DNA of 64,000 bases from Phoronis australis (Eukaryota; Animalia; Phoronida): assembly GCA_002633005.1 (NCBI GenBank), contig NMRA01000704.1, forward strand, positions 1-64,000, given 5' to 3'. A model generated the notes under the pieces. It was not told where the DNA came from. It saw only the letters and a program-made list of their open reading frames with translations, and made no database searches. Position 1 is the stretch's first letter; each line of letters starts with the position of its first letter. A program made the position numbers and the translations under genes. Of this stretch, positions 52,551 to 64,000 are shown piece after piece.

Positions 52551-52589
52551 ACATGGCAACTTGTCTGGCGCCAATCCCGATTTAGTCAA

Positions 52590-52730
52590 GACTCATCAGA
52601 CGAAGACTTTACGGGTAGGATCTTTAGATTTCAAAGGCTATCAGATTTCAAAGGCTATCAGTTCGAACCGAAATACACTGACCAAGAAATACTAGAGGGG
52701 CGCCGTGAATATGCACAGGCAACGGCACGT
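52590..52730 (+). pseudogene. KolX-like N-terminal remnant
   Basis: DSSDEDF...KGYQFEPKYTDQEILE: acidic tract plus YxFEP motif (52653-52670), also seen in the 25816 element. Assignment is from remembered KolX/P2X7-C-terminal-like proteins. Confidence 0.5.
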
Positions 52731-52734
52731 ATGA

Positions 52735-52955
52735 ATTCGTCAGGAAAATTACTGTCGACGAAATGCCGGCCACAGACACGGAGATGTTTTACGGCCTCAT
52801 ATTTGCTACTAACAGCATACCTTTCATTCTTCACTACCGCGAGCCACTTCCTAAGCATTTCGAGCTCTCGAGGAAGTCTAACAAACGATATACCAGCTTT
52901 CTTCGAAGCTTCCTAGTCGGACAAGCTGGAACGATGCACCGCAATATAGCGGCAT
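52735..52955 (-). pseudogene. THAP domain remnant of a Kolobok-like transposase
   Basis: RCIVPACPT /frameshift/ EASKKAGISFVRLPRELEMLRKWLAVVKNERYAVSSKYEAVKHLRVCGRHFVDSNF: Cx4C...P...W...CxxHF. Confidence 0.85.
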
Positions 52956-54397
52956 TCACACTGCAGACGAACCACTAACGTCGCTGCGTAGTTTCTTACC
53001 TTCCTCACGGGTTAACGCGACACCTCTCGGCAAGGTGAGGTCGACCGTATAAGAAGCGTTGTGGATATAGACCGATTAAGACGGTAAAAAAGACTAATTT
53101 AATCGGGTGGCATTCTTCTTTAATTATGACACAAGCAGGCTGGGTGACCATTTGGTAAATGCAGTCGATACAATCAGACTGCCTACAGAGGGCTGTCGTT
53201 TTTAAACTCATTGTTTTATCTTGGAATGGATACTGAGAATTATATTTTCCATCAGATTTATTGCACGAGTAAGTAATTGAATGTTTGATTGTTGTTTTAA
53301 CCCCATAGAAAATAAATATTTTCATGTTCCTTCATGCTTGTAAAACCTGAAAAAATTCATACTTGTAGTTTTTGTGCATGGAAAACTCATGGAGATGAAA
53401 AAAGAGGCGAACACTGAGGAAAACGTTCGAGATCACATTTGTGTATTCCCATCAACATTAATTAGCACAAATCAAAACGTGACTAGTCATGGAAAGTGAA
53501 AAGAGATTTATGTATGTGAATCTTGATTTATCTGTAGCTTGTTTAGCAACCAACCTGGTATGATATCGCAGCAGGCAAAAATAGTGAAATAGTGCACAAG
53601 TTATGTCGCAGGCGGAATCCGTAAGTGGCACAGGCAGCTCGTCCCCCCCTCCCCCCAGTTTTTAGGATATATGCAAACATTTTTTTCCTTTGCAAAGTGG
53701 TTTGACCTCTTTTGTCATCCAAAGTGTGTCAGAGTTGTTCATATTTATACCCAAGCAGATTTTGTTTGAAGAAATGAACACATTCAGTCATGTAAGCCAA
53801 AATGTATGTAAGCCAAAATGTCTGATTGTAGAGCTAGTAGTCTATAGCAAGACTCCACCTAACATCACTCATCCTGGACATAAATCCAGCCTGACAGTTA
53901 ACTACTAGTAAATGGCCTCCACATTACATTCAGAGTTTCACCCTATTTAAGTTGGATTCCCAAGAATGTAATGGGCAAGACTGCTTAAGACTTGACCTGC
54001 CTCCAGTTTGTTTTGGGTGCCAGAGTAAATTTATGTTGTATATTTATTCTGGTCAGCTGCAGAGGGTTAAAGCAATAGTGTCAGTGAAGATATCCGACTA
54101 ATTTTTCATGCTGGAATGGCATGAGATCAGATAAGTGCAGTTCACATACAGACTTACCCTACAACAAGTTATTCCTGAAGGAGTTGGCTCTAAGTTTGAG
54201 TGGTGTCTCGATGCATTTTGCCCCTTATGGAGATGGGGGTAACTTGTTCTAGGGTAACTTGTGCCACTTCTAATTCCTGTGTGGCCACAAAGGTGGGGCA
54301 AGGTGTAATTATCAGCTGCCGTTACTTACAGGCAGGGTTTTCTTTTGTAGGCTGTACTCACATTAGGTGTTTATTGTCATGCACAGAACAACAACTG

Positions 54398-54937
54398 AAG
54401 TGTGTTCAACAGAGTGAGCGCCCGCTAGCGTGTACTCGCGAATATAACAAACAGCTCCTAAACAGCTGTTAGCGCTCACTGTGCGATCCAGTATGGCGAC
54501 TCTGAAGCAGATTGTGTTGAACGTCTTAGCTGATGAGCTTAACACCATCAGTCCTTCCTATGGCGTACTGAGCGATGACTATGATGAATCTTTGCCAATA
54601 TTAATATCGGCATCCCGCGACAACAACCGTAAAGGCCTTGGAATGACAAAGAGTCCAAAATTACGTCGAGGAAACTGTTCCTCGCTACAGCGACCCGCAA
54701 TTTAAGTCGCACTTTCGGATGAGTCGGTCAACTTTTGGAGGTTAGTTTTCGTGTTGCAGAACCATAATGGGTTCATATGTTGCAGACATGAAGCCTTCGC
54801 AAGATGCCATCTTGGAAATCTAAGCGAACATGCTCTCAAAGTTGTTCGCGAACACTTGCGAAGGCTAACATAAACACAGTTGTTCAGGATGAGGGCGCTC
54901 AAATCGCTCGCGGGCGCTCACTCTATTGAACATGCTT
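54398..54937 (+). mobile_element. PIF/Harbinger-like non-autonomous element, copy 2 (540 bp)
   Basis: Same TIR and CTG TSD as 18863-19378. MATLKQIVLNVLADELN... from 54493 and NYVEETVPRYSDPQFKSHFRMSRSTF. Confidence 0.85.
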
Positions 54938-55149
54938 CTGGTGCATGCGCTGGTGCAGAGTTCAAATAAGCCCATGTATGCTAAGGGGCTAAATGCTCCT
55001 GGTTTTGCCAGTTTTACTTTAACTGCATTTGGAAGCAAGGAGCACAGAAGTGCCAGTGACGTTATTTTAAGTTTGATTTAAACTGGTTAGTTTTTGATGT
55101 CTTGGTTTTGCAGCGACATACTTGTGAAATTACAAGGGGCATTAACTAT

Positions 55150-55828
55150 GAGAGTAGCATTCCTGGCAATCAAAAGTTGAGCACTATCAATCCATGCAGT
55201 CATAAGTTAAGCACTAGCAATCCATGCAATCATAAGTTAAGCACTATCAATCCATACAGTCATAAGTTAAGCACTAGCAATCCATGCAGTCATGAATGGA
55301 CCACTAGCAATCCTGGCAGTCAAAAGTGGACCACTAGTACAGGGTTTCCACTTCTTGTAAACTTCTGGTCAGCCCGCCATGCTCTTTTTTGGCGCCGCCA
55401 CTCGTAAATCATACTCAAATTGACCGCCACTCACCTAATCGTGACAGGGAAACTTCACCGCCACGCAAAAATCTAGTAAAAATGTCTGCAACATATGAAC
55501 CCATTATGGTTCTGCAACACGAAAACTAACCTCCAAAAGTTGACCGACTCATCCGAAAGTGCGACTTAAATTGCGGGTCGCTGTAGCGAGGAACAGTTTC
55601 CTCGACGTAATTTTGCATGTGGCGCCGGTTCCGTATCAGCGTCAAGCATTCACCACCTTGCTCCTTTCGAAACCCAGGCAATATGGGGATCCCACTTCTC
55701 ATATTTGCGTGCGGCAACGGGCTTTGCACCCTGTTTTGGCCATTCACCACCACGCTCCTTTCAAAACCCAGAGGAAACGCTGCTAGCAGTCCTGGCAGTC
55801 AAATGTTGAACACTAGCAATACTGGCAT
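55150..55828 (+). repeat. 30-bp minisatellite interrupted by a MITE
   Basis: Unit about CATAAGTTAAGCACTAGCAATCCATGCAGT; roughly 6 units to 55339, resuming at 55783. Confidence 0.9.
55340..55782. mobile_element. hAT-like MITE (imperfect 6-bp TSD) carrying a 134-bp Harbinger fragment
   Basis: TIR CAGGGTTTCCACT vs CAGCGTTTCCTCT; flanks CTAGTA / CTAGCA. 55482-55615 is the reverse complement of 54656-54789. Confidence 0.72.
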
Positions 55829-58800
55829 TGGTGATCAAATATTTTATATTGACTGCCAAGATTGCTAGTGACCCTGGCATTATAGGTATTGCAACCTCTA
55901 TGGGGTTTAAATGTTTACTTGTAATAGATATGTGCAGTGATGCGCTTAGTGCAAAACTGACTGGTTCCTGATGAATGAAGGCACCAATCGGAAACAAATT
56001 TTGATTATCAGAGTATTTGTTCAAGTTGAAAGGATTTGCAGTAAAAATAATTTAGGACACTGTACGGAGAAAAAATGATTCTATTTTTGCATAAAAATAC
56101 AGGGTGCACCAAATGAATATTTAAAGAATAATTATGTAATGTCATACCTTAGCTACCTGCCGATAATATTTTAAGAAATTGTAGGCCTTCACAGCAGTGT
56201 TAGAAGCCTTTGAACAACTGGAAAGGATCACTTATGGAAGTCATTTTTTCCAAAATTGATGAGATTTTACCATAAAGACATTGAAGGACTCCAAATGTTG
56301 CCACTAGGCTGATACAGACATGACTTTTACCTTCGCCTGGCTGAGGCATAATTTGTACATAATGGTGAGGATGTAGAGGATAGAGCTGCTACAAGGCAAT
56401 TCAAATGTTTTGCTAAGGTTAGGGCTGAATTTGCTTTTGGTTAGTAGGATGTATGTTTTATTGTGAATAACTGTTCAATTGCTTTGCATTTGTGAGAAAG
56501 CAACATGTCACCACTGTTCTCATCACAGTGTGACAGATACTTCATAGACAGCTGTGGTAATTCTATCAACTGTTTTGCAATTCCTGGAATGCTGTTCACA
56601 GCAGTTACTCTTGAACAGATATGTGTAGAAAACTTATCACCTTACCCCTGGTTTGGATGCTCAGTGGAGATCTTGCTGTATTATTTGTTATTCAGAGCAG
56701 TTGAGGATATTTATTTGAGTTAGCTACCTCACCAAAATACCTTGAACCTAGAAAGCTACTTTGGCACTGAAACCTTTTCAATCCTCTGATGAAATCTGCA
56801 CAGAACAACCGTCACCTGATCCTTAGTCGGCCTTCAATGAGGGCTGGCCATAGCCAGCTGATAATTTGTGCGTGGGATTACGAAATTGATATCATCAATC
56901 TTTAGATGATGCAGGTATGAGTCAATTTCATTTCATCGTTGTCGATAGTAATAACAACAACTCTCATATTTATGGGGTTTTTAATGAAATTCAGTCACTC
57001 TAATTTAAATACATCGCCATGTCAATTGAATTAGATTTTGCGGTTGTTGCTATGTTATTTAAGTGGGGTTGAGCACTTCGCATGTATGATGCAAATGTGG
57101 AAATCATGTAAATGAAGGGTGCACTGGAATAGTTTGAATTATTTAAGTTGACGTGTAAGGTTAGGTGCGACCCAGGAAAATGTCAATTTGGCTAATGTCA
57201 GAACATCTTGTCTCAGAAATGGCTGACATTTTATTAAATACACTGATTTGTGGACAAGGTCTTCAGCTTTAATTCTTGCTTTCTTTCCAAAACATGTCTT
57301 TTGTGCAGGTTAGAAGCCACACATGTCTCATGTACATGCAAGCTGCAAATTGAGCTGTTGGTTACTAGGCATTGTCTTGTCTTTTAGGCAGCACATTGGT
57401 TATCTTGTAGACAACTAAACCGATTTTGGGATATCACACTGGTGTTTAGTTTACAGTACTCAAAAGCTTTAAGCATCATTGTCAAACTTATGAATGATGC
57501 TTTTTGAAGCTGTATATTTTTGAGAAATAGTGACTCGTGTCTACTAATTCCAAAAAAATCCTTGCATTTGTTTTCAGGATTTCCTAGTTCAAATCAAATG
57601 GCTTCAAGCATGTTCTTGCCAAAAAGTAGTTCTAGGAATGAAGAAACCACAGAAGTTAAAAGAAAGATAGAAATAAATAGTGCTTGGTATTAACAGTCAC
57701 ATTTTCCTCCTTCCAACAAGGAAACCACAAGAAGACAACTGGTTGCTGTGGCTGGCACATGGATATTGATAACTCAGGAAATATGTTGGGAGATGGGATC
57801 CCTATTTCAGGCTTTCGGATAAGTTTCTTGACATGAGCTGGCTGGTTGATATTCTTACCATTAGGATCAAGCCATTTAGTTTCATTTCCTGTGGTGAAAA
57901 TTGCAATTATCCTGCCTTGTTTGTCTGATCTCACCTCCAATGTTAATTGACCCTGCACTATACTTGACGTCATCAGCCATCACATAGCCACACTAAAACC
58001 AGTGTGTTTATTTTTCCATGTCCCAGGGTATTTATAAACTGTATCTGCTTTCTTTAGCTAATTCCAGTGTGATGTTAACCCCCTATAAGTATGCTCATTA
58101 ATGGGTGATTAAAGGCAAACACAACAGCTTTTGCTCTTACATTTTATGAAAAAAATTAAATTGTGATCCCTGGTTATCTTGGATTTACATTTTCTGTGTC
58201 AATTGCTGTTCCCCTGGTGAGTTTTTACTATCCATAGAACAGTGGAATGTGATATGCACATGTTTCTACATTCACTTGCTTTAAGCAAACACAATGTCTT
58301 TACTTGCAACTGAACACAATCTGTTGGGTCATGTGTCTTTTTGTAATGAAAATGAATGCACAACCAAGGTGCGAGCCTGTTGCTTTGCTGTTTACGTCAT
58401 TTTCCTGCCCCGACAAGTGTACATATGTGGGCACATTATACCATGATCCTTGGACGTCCGGCGTTTATCATCCAACGTCTGTTGTTGTAGCTCAAAAACG
58501 TCCCATCGAGCGAATTTTCGGACGACTGCTGTGTCCCCTAGTGACAATTTGTAACTACAATATCTTGCTAAATTTTAGATGGTTTTCATGAAGTGACCAC
58601 TAGGTACCTAATGATGAGGCGTTCCCATTTTGACATTGATTCAACATATTCGGTGCCACGTAGTGGCTTTGTTAACTCTCTATCTAACAAACTGGACTGC
58701 TCAATCAATTGTTATGAAAATTGGGGGATGTGTTGCTACTGAAAAGAGCAATGTTGACATATATTTTGGAATGGCTCCCACTACTATGGCATTGTCTTGC

Positions 58801-58894
58801 GTTCGCGGCTGTTTCTATTGAACCTCGTGAAAGATCTTTTTTGAATTTGGGAAGTATATTTGTATAGATATGGCAGTCCCTTTGTTGGAAATAA

Positions 58895-60245
58895 CGCTCT
58901 GATTACTGCCCAGCCCCGAAATTTTCAATTTTTCATTTTTAAGTGCCCATGCTTGGCTTACCGCCCACCCCCAATTTTTCATGATCGAGACTTCCTTAAA
59001 AGTGTCTGTGCTTTTTGAACGTTAGTCGCACAAAACTAAGATTCCAAAACGTGCGCAACTTGCTTTCCCTTCATTGACAATCCGTCAGTTTTAGCAAAAC
59101 TGGGCCCTTGCCTTATTATGACGGTAAAATACCTGTATTCTCATGCAGTTATTGAAGGAGACACAATTGTTACCTGTGTCTCATGTGCGGAACTCGTGTC
59201 AGCATGTGTAGTGATTACTCAGAGACGGCACTTGTCAAATGTATTTCCAAGTGCACACTCGGCTGGTACATGACCAACGAAATTGCAAACTCCACCGACA
59301 TTATTTTGAACGGAAACCGCATATCAATCATATTCATTGTCAGGTTCGTTGCACTTCAACATTTCATTGACAAATGGTACCCAGTCACATCTATAGTGAT
59401 GGTAACCACGTACGGCAGAGTAAAAGGTGAAACGTAGCATTTTTTTAATATGAGCAGACACGAGCCATCGTGACATTCAGGTTGTCTTGCTGTTCCCTGT
59501 CTTGGTTAAACACGTTTTTAAGAACTCTTCACACCAAAATGGAAGCACCCAACCAAAAGCAACAGCGCAAGAAATCATCTTGTCATTATGCGCAAGTCAA
59601 ACATTCTGTCTGCTTTCATGTGGTTAAAAACTTGTTTTTTTGAACTTTTGATTTGCCTGATGACTTTTTACATCATGTGTTTTTGCTTCATTATTTTCGC
59701 AGCCGACAAAGCACCTTTATTGCCTAATAGTAGTATTGTCCAACTGTTGAGTATGTGCTTTGTACAAATATCAAATTCTGGGCCGTTTTAAGTGACTCGC
59801 GGGGAGCAAATCTTGACAAAATCACGTGCTTCCCTTAAAACTAAACGAACTAGCAGAGTCTTGCGTGATCTTGCTTTTCTCTCAAGAAACTACTGAACAC
59901 ACGCCTACCTATATAAATACCTTAGTTCTAAGACATGAAGAGCAGCGATCAAGGTACGTAGAAACCAACCGTGCTCGGGATCACGGTGCCAGGGTATCGT
60001 GTGCACTATTCCACTTCAGTCTGTCAAAGTCCGTTACTTCAATCCGCCGACGTATATTTTAACTGATATGCTTGAAGTCCGACGATGTCAGTGTAGCTCT
60101 GTGAGAGTAAAATCGGTCGACAGTTAGTACCACTCACGACTTTTCAAAAATTTTGATTTTAACCACCGATGCTCTGCTTACCGCTCACCCCGTTTTTTGT
60201 ATTCCCAATTTAAGAGCCCTGGGTGGCGACCCTGACGAGTATGGC
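58895..60245. mobile_element. Degenerate CCGTA-type element
   Basis: Subterminal GCTTACCGC(C/T)CACCCC repeats near both ends; right end GAGCCCTGGGTGGCGACCCTGACGAGTATGG resembles a decayed TIR. Confidence 0.4.
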
Positions 60246-61359
60246 AGTTTGCTGAGGCTGTTATTTTATGCTATAATTTTACTTTTTAAAGGAATCCGTC
60301 GTTGGTTGCAAATGCCACATTTCAGACAGATTTGACCTTCGTGGTCTTTTTATTATTTTTGTTTCTTTTTTGTCCCCAGCCTCCCTCTTCTCTAAGCTGC
60401 TCAAAAAGTTGTGGTAGGTGGCAGTTGTATTTCCATTGATGGGAGCTGGGATGCTGTCTTATTTTGGGCCTGCTTGAAATTTTTATGTTTATTAGTATTG
60501 CATCCTTGTAAAGTGAGCATGTTTAAAATGATGATCCCTTGTATCTATGCGACATGCTAATGGTGTGTGCATATCAACACTCCTTTTTCTTGTCTGTTGT
60601 TGGACAGATAGTAAATACATAGCAAGGAAACACTGGCATAATTAGGATCTATATTTTCACCAAAGGTAGCACCAAAAATGGTAACTTTCCTTTAAGATGA
60701 ATCCATAGTAGCCTGATGTGTGGTTGGTTTATGAATGGCTTGAGCATTAGTTTGGCATTATTCATCAGTGCTTGAAAGTTCTTGTCACAATAGTTGCAAT
60801 TAATGTCCCATTTCCTGACATGTTTGGACCTTTGGGCAGTTGACTGCAGAATGTTGCCATAATGTCCTAAAGTTCTTATGTGGTGGCACTCCCATCTTTT
60901 TCTAATTTGTTTTCCTGTAAATGTTACCACTTCTGCAGTGATAGAAACAAAAGGTGGCATCACCAGAGTAAGAAGCCACGAAAGAGTAACTTTTTCTTAG
61001 AAGGATCCTTTATGTCTAGACTCCAAAACGATGGTATCCAATTTTCCGATGCACATCCCCGCAGAAGTACTTGAGTACCCCTTATGTTAGACCAGTAGTT
61101 CTCCACTTCTTGCGTGCAAAAATAATTTTAAAAATGTGATTTTGCTGATTTTAAGACGCTACTTACCGCGCTGCAAATTATGTGAGCTTCACCAAAAATT
61201 GTGCTATCACATCTACACAGTGCAAACCTAGCAAATAATAGATTAAAATCTTCTTAGTCTATGCTTTTCTGGAAGAAATTGCCAGTCATATTGTGTGCAA
61301 CATTGGTGGAAATTGGATTCCACACTAATAATGCTCAACTGAAATCATGTGACCCACGG

Positions 61360-61588
61360 TCTGTTCTGGGGTACAAGTCCCTGAGGACTGAATGCTTGGT
61401 ACCGATCTGTTCTGGGGTGTAAGTCACTGGGGACTGAAAGCTTGGTACCAATCTGTTCTGGGGTGCAAGTCACTGGAGACTGAATGCTTGGTGCTTTTCT
61501 GTTCTGGGGTGCAAGTCATTGGGGACTGAAAGCTTGGTACAGATCTGTTCTGGGGTGCAAGTCACTGGGGACTGAATTGTTGGTACCA
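61360..61588 (+). repeat. 46-bp minisatellite, 5 copies
   Basis: Unit about TCTGTTCTGGGGTGCAAGTCACTGGGGACTGAATGCTTGGTACCGA. Confidence 0.93.
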
Positions 61589-61848
61589 TCACATGTTTCA
61601 TTTGTAATTAACACCCATTATTTCAGACTCGCCTGATACCACCAAATTTGTGCAACAATTGTACCCTAGTTGAACACATAAGCATTGTCTAGCTTGATAA
61701 AAATGGTCAATTACAAACGTTAATTATGTTCCATACTCTGAATTATTGGAACTGCATTTAATTTACTTGAATGAGATTGCAGTATCATTTCCTTGAAAAG
61801 GTCAGATAGTCATCGTTCTCAACATGTCTTTCATTCTAATGACAATTT

Positions 61849-62212
61849 CACGGGTGAGAAACAACATGACCGCCGGTCCTCTTAAATCGGACCGCCTCAC
61901 CCAAAACAGGACGTCCGGGGATCAAATGGGACCGTCGCACCAGAAAATGGCACTGACGCACCTAAAACATGACTGCCCCACCAGAAAACAGGACCGCCGG
62001 CTACTGAACATGACCGCCGGGGATTGAAACCGCATATTGTCCGGCGGTCATGTTCAGTCCCCAGCGGTCCTGTTTTGTGGTGGGGCGGTCACGTTTTTAG
62101 GTGCGTCAGTCCCATTTTCTGGTGCGACGGTCTCATTTGATCCCCGGAGGTCCTGTTTTGGGTGAGTCAGTCCGATTTAGAGGACCGACGGTCATGTTGT
62201 TTCTCACCCGTG
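61849..62212. mobile_element. Palindromic MITE with CAC...GTG termini (364 bp)
   Basis: About 172-bp arms around a spacer of about 20 bp; starts CACGGGTGAGAAACAACATGACC; AATTT on both sides (61844-48, 62213-17). Confidence 0.88.
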
Positions 62213-64000
62213 AATTTTATAGGACCCTTATGGGAAATCGAGACTACTGTCACAGTTAGACACATAAACATGTCCTTTCTTCCATTGGGACATACAGTAC
62301 AAGCCAAAAATATTCAATGTGAGGTGGACTCCCCCCTCATGATGGATGTGAAGAAGCGTAATTCTTTGTCCTAATTCATTGTAATAGTCTTCCCTCATGT
62401 CTGACAATGAAGGACAATTAACAGGCCTGTTATTCAGTAAAGATAATGGGCTACCTTCACTGCCAAAAGGTCACACTTCTTTAAATGTTTTGAAATACAA
62501 CTGGTCAACCCATGAAATTATATATTTTTCAAATCCTTGATGATCATAGAAACTTGTGCACAGGAAACCAATGCGTTACTGTTAAGTCACATGATTGTTT
62601 TTTCTTAAAAAAATGCATTTCTTCACCTTAACACTCGGGCTAACTCGTGGCTGCCTTATACATAACAAAATTTCACTCGTAACTTGGTGGCTTAGCAGGT
62701 TTGTAATTCGAATTTTGTCAACCTAATTGTTGTCAATAATTGTTTTTGCTGTCAACAGAATTAGCTATCATGACATGGAAAAAGGTATTTTGTCCGATTA
62801 CTGTTGTCTTGTATTGTATGTCCCTAAGGCTTCAAAGCAGCTACATCAAACAACCAACAAATAGGTATACCTACATATAATCCCACATATACCTCCACAC
62901 AGAGTTCATAGAATGTTTTACGATGTACAAGTTTACAATCCTTAATACGTTGCCTTGAAACTTTGCTGTTCTAAATAGTAAAAACCGTAAAAAGTGGCAT
63001 GTATTTAAACATGCTACCCGGCATCATGTTTTTCAAGCAATGCACTCCAGGTGTCATTGGAAACATAGGCTAGGCGTTGAAATTGCTGACTATTGTATGA
63101 AACGGTTGGCATAAGAATAGAACCCATAGTTCTCCACCAGTCCAAGTGGACTCCCAAGGTGAATACAAAAAATAGCTGGGCATTGAAAGATGACTAATGT
63201 TTAATGACTAGGGAAGCTGTAGCTTGTAAGAAAAAGTCAACAAGACAAGTGGTGGATCCAACTTAACTGCACATGTTATGTGATAACCAGGTGTATGTAA
63301 CACCAGAGCATCTGATGCTTTGGTGTCTTCTGGATGGTTAAGTTAGAGTTATTAAAGTTACCTCCTGGTGTTAATGTCGACAAGGGCATGTGGTGTGGTA
63401 TTATTTGATTATTTTTTCAAATGCTTGCCATATATAAGAGACCTACTTCAGTTTGAAAAATACATAATGTTTTTGGAAATCCACCTTGGAATAACTTCAA
63501 TGACTCGCACGTTAAATTGTGATAAATTTGTTGATCGCTAACAACCGGGAGCTGTTGTGAAAGGATGAATTAACTTTACAGTTTACATCAACGCTTCTCT
63601 AACACTGGAGGTAATAAAAGGCCTTTTAGCTGTGTCCTAGAGGGGCATTTAAAGTAGCGCAAGTTGCAACTTGCGTCCGCACGACAATGCCACATTTGTG
63701 TCAAGGCAGCAGTTTTTGAGCGAAATTTAAAATTAAGCAAATACATTTTTCGATTGTTCTGGGTAATAAGTGCATGGAATGATATCATATTAGGAACTGT
63801 ACTCTAGATACTAGTAAATGATGCTAAGTAGATTGTTTATTTAAAAGCTGTGGTAACAATCAACAAACGAGGTAGGTGACAATTGAATGTCATAAGTTTC
63901 CAGGCTTCAGGCGGTCCGCAGCAATCATGGTTTAAGTCCCTTGATGAGATTAATGCAAATCCTGGCTTCAAGTAGTTTTGAGGGACTGAAAGAACGGGCC

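Larger units (their letters stand above)
48057..53119 (-). mobile_element. Kolobok-like element expanded by nested insertions
   Basis: TTAA (48053-56, 53120-23); TIR AGGAGCATGCCACCC vs AGAAGAATGCCACCC (13/15). THAP remnant near the right end and a GYQFEP remnant on the opposite strand. Confidence 0.72.

Noticed and set aside
52380-52916. 178-aa ORF as a gene
   Set aside because: Runs across a hAT terminus, a KolX-like remnant and the antisense of THAP; not one coherent protein.
55526-55753. 75-aa ORF as a Harbinger transposase N-terminus
   Set aside because: Chimera of MITE sequence and the copied 134-bp fragment.
58390-58820. Possible older HINE-like fragment
   Set aside because: Only a vague resemblance; no subTIR, hairpin or second copy identified.
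61360-61588. Regular repeats as a possible CRISPR array (also 55150-55339)
   Set aside because: Head-to-tail tandem units with no unique spacers, no cas genes, eukaryotic intron context.

Overview
AT-rich eukaryotic (metazoan, probably invertebrate) genomic DNA with three assembly gaps; no prokaryotic features or CRISPR. It holds the first two coding exons of a GRK4/5/6-subfamily G protein-coupled receptor kinase gene (+ strand, 12589-12640 and 46620-46715; intron 1 about 34 kb; exon 3 not found, so intron 2 is over 17 kb). An intact tRNA-Glu(CTC) gene lies head-to-head, about 390 bp upstream of the kinase ATG. The rest is dense in mostly non-autonomous, often nested DNA transposons: Kolobok-like (TTAA), Harbinger-like (CTG), Merlin-like (8-bp TSD), Tc1/mariner-pogo-like (TA, CCGTA ends), hAT-like elements with 5- and 6-bp TSDs, Helentron-type HINEs and foldback/palindromic MITEs. 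There are also decayed THAP, integrase and SWIM coding remnants and minisatellites. Almost all ORF-track entries are spurious. I found no evidence of a complete new multi-gene system. The most interesting signals are deletion derivatives that keep the 5' ends of both convergent transposon genes, an exact 134-bp inverted local capture, and the tRNA/GRK divergent promoter. All alignments were done by eye; family assignments rest on remembered signatures, not database searches.
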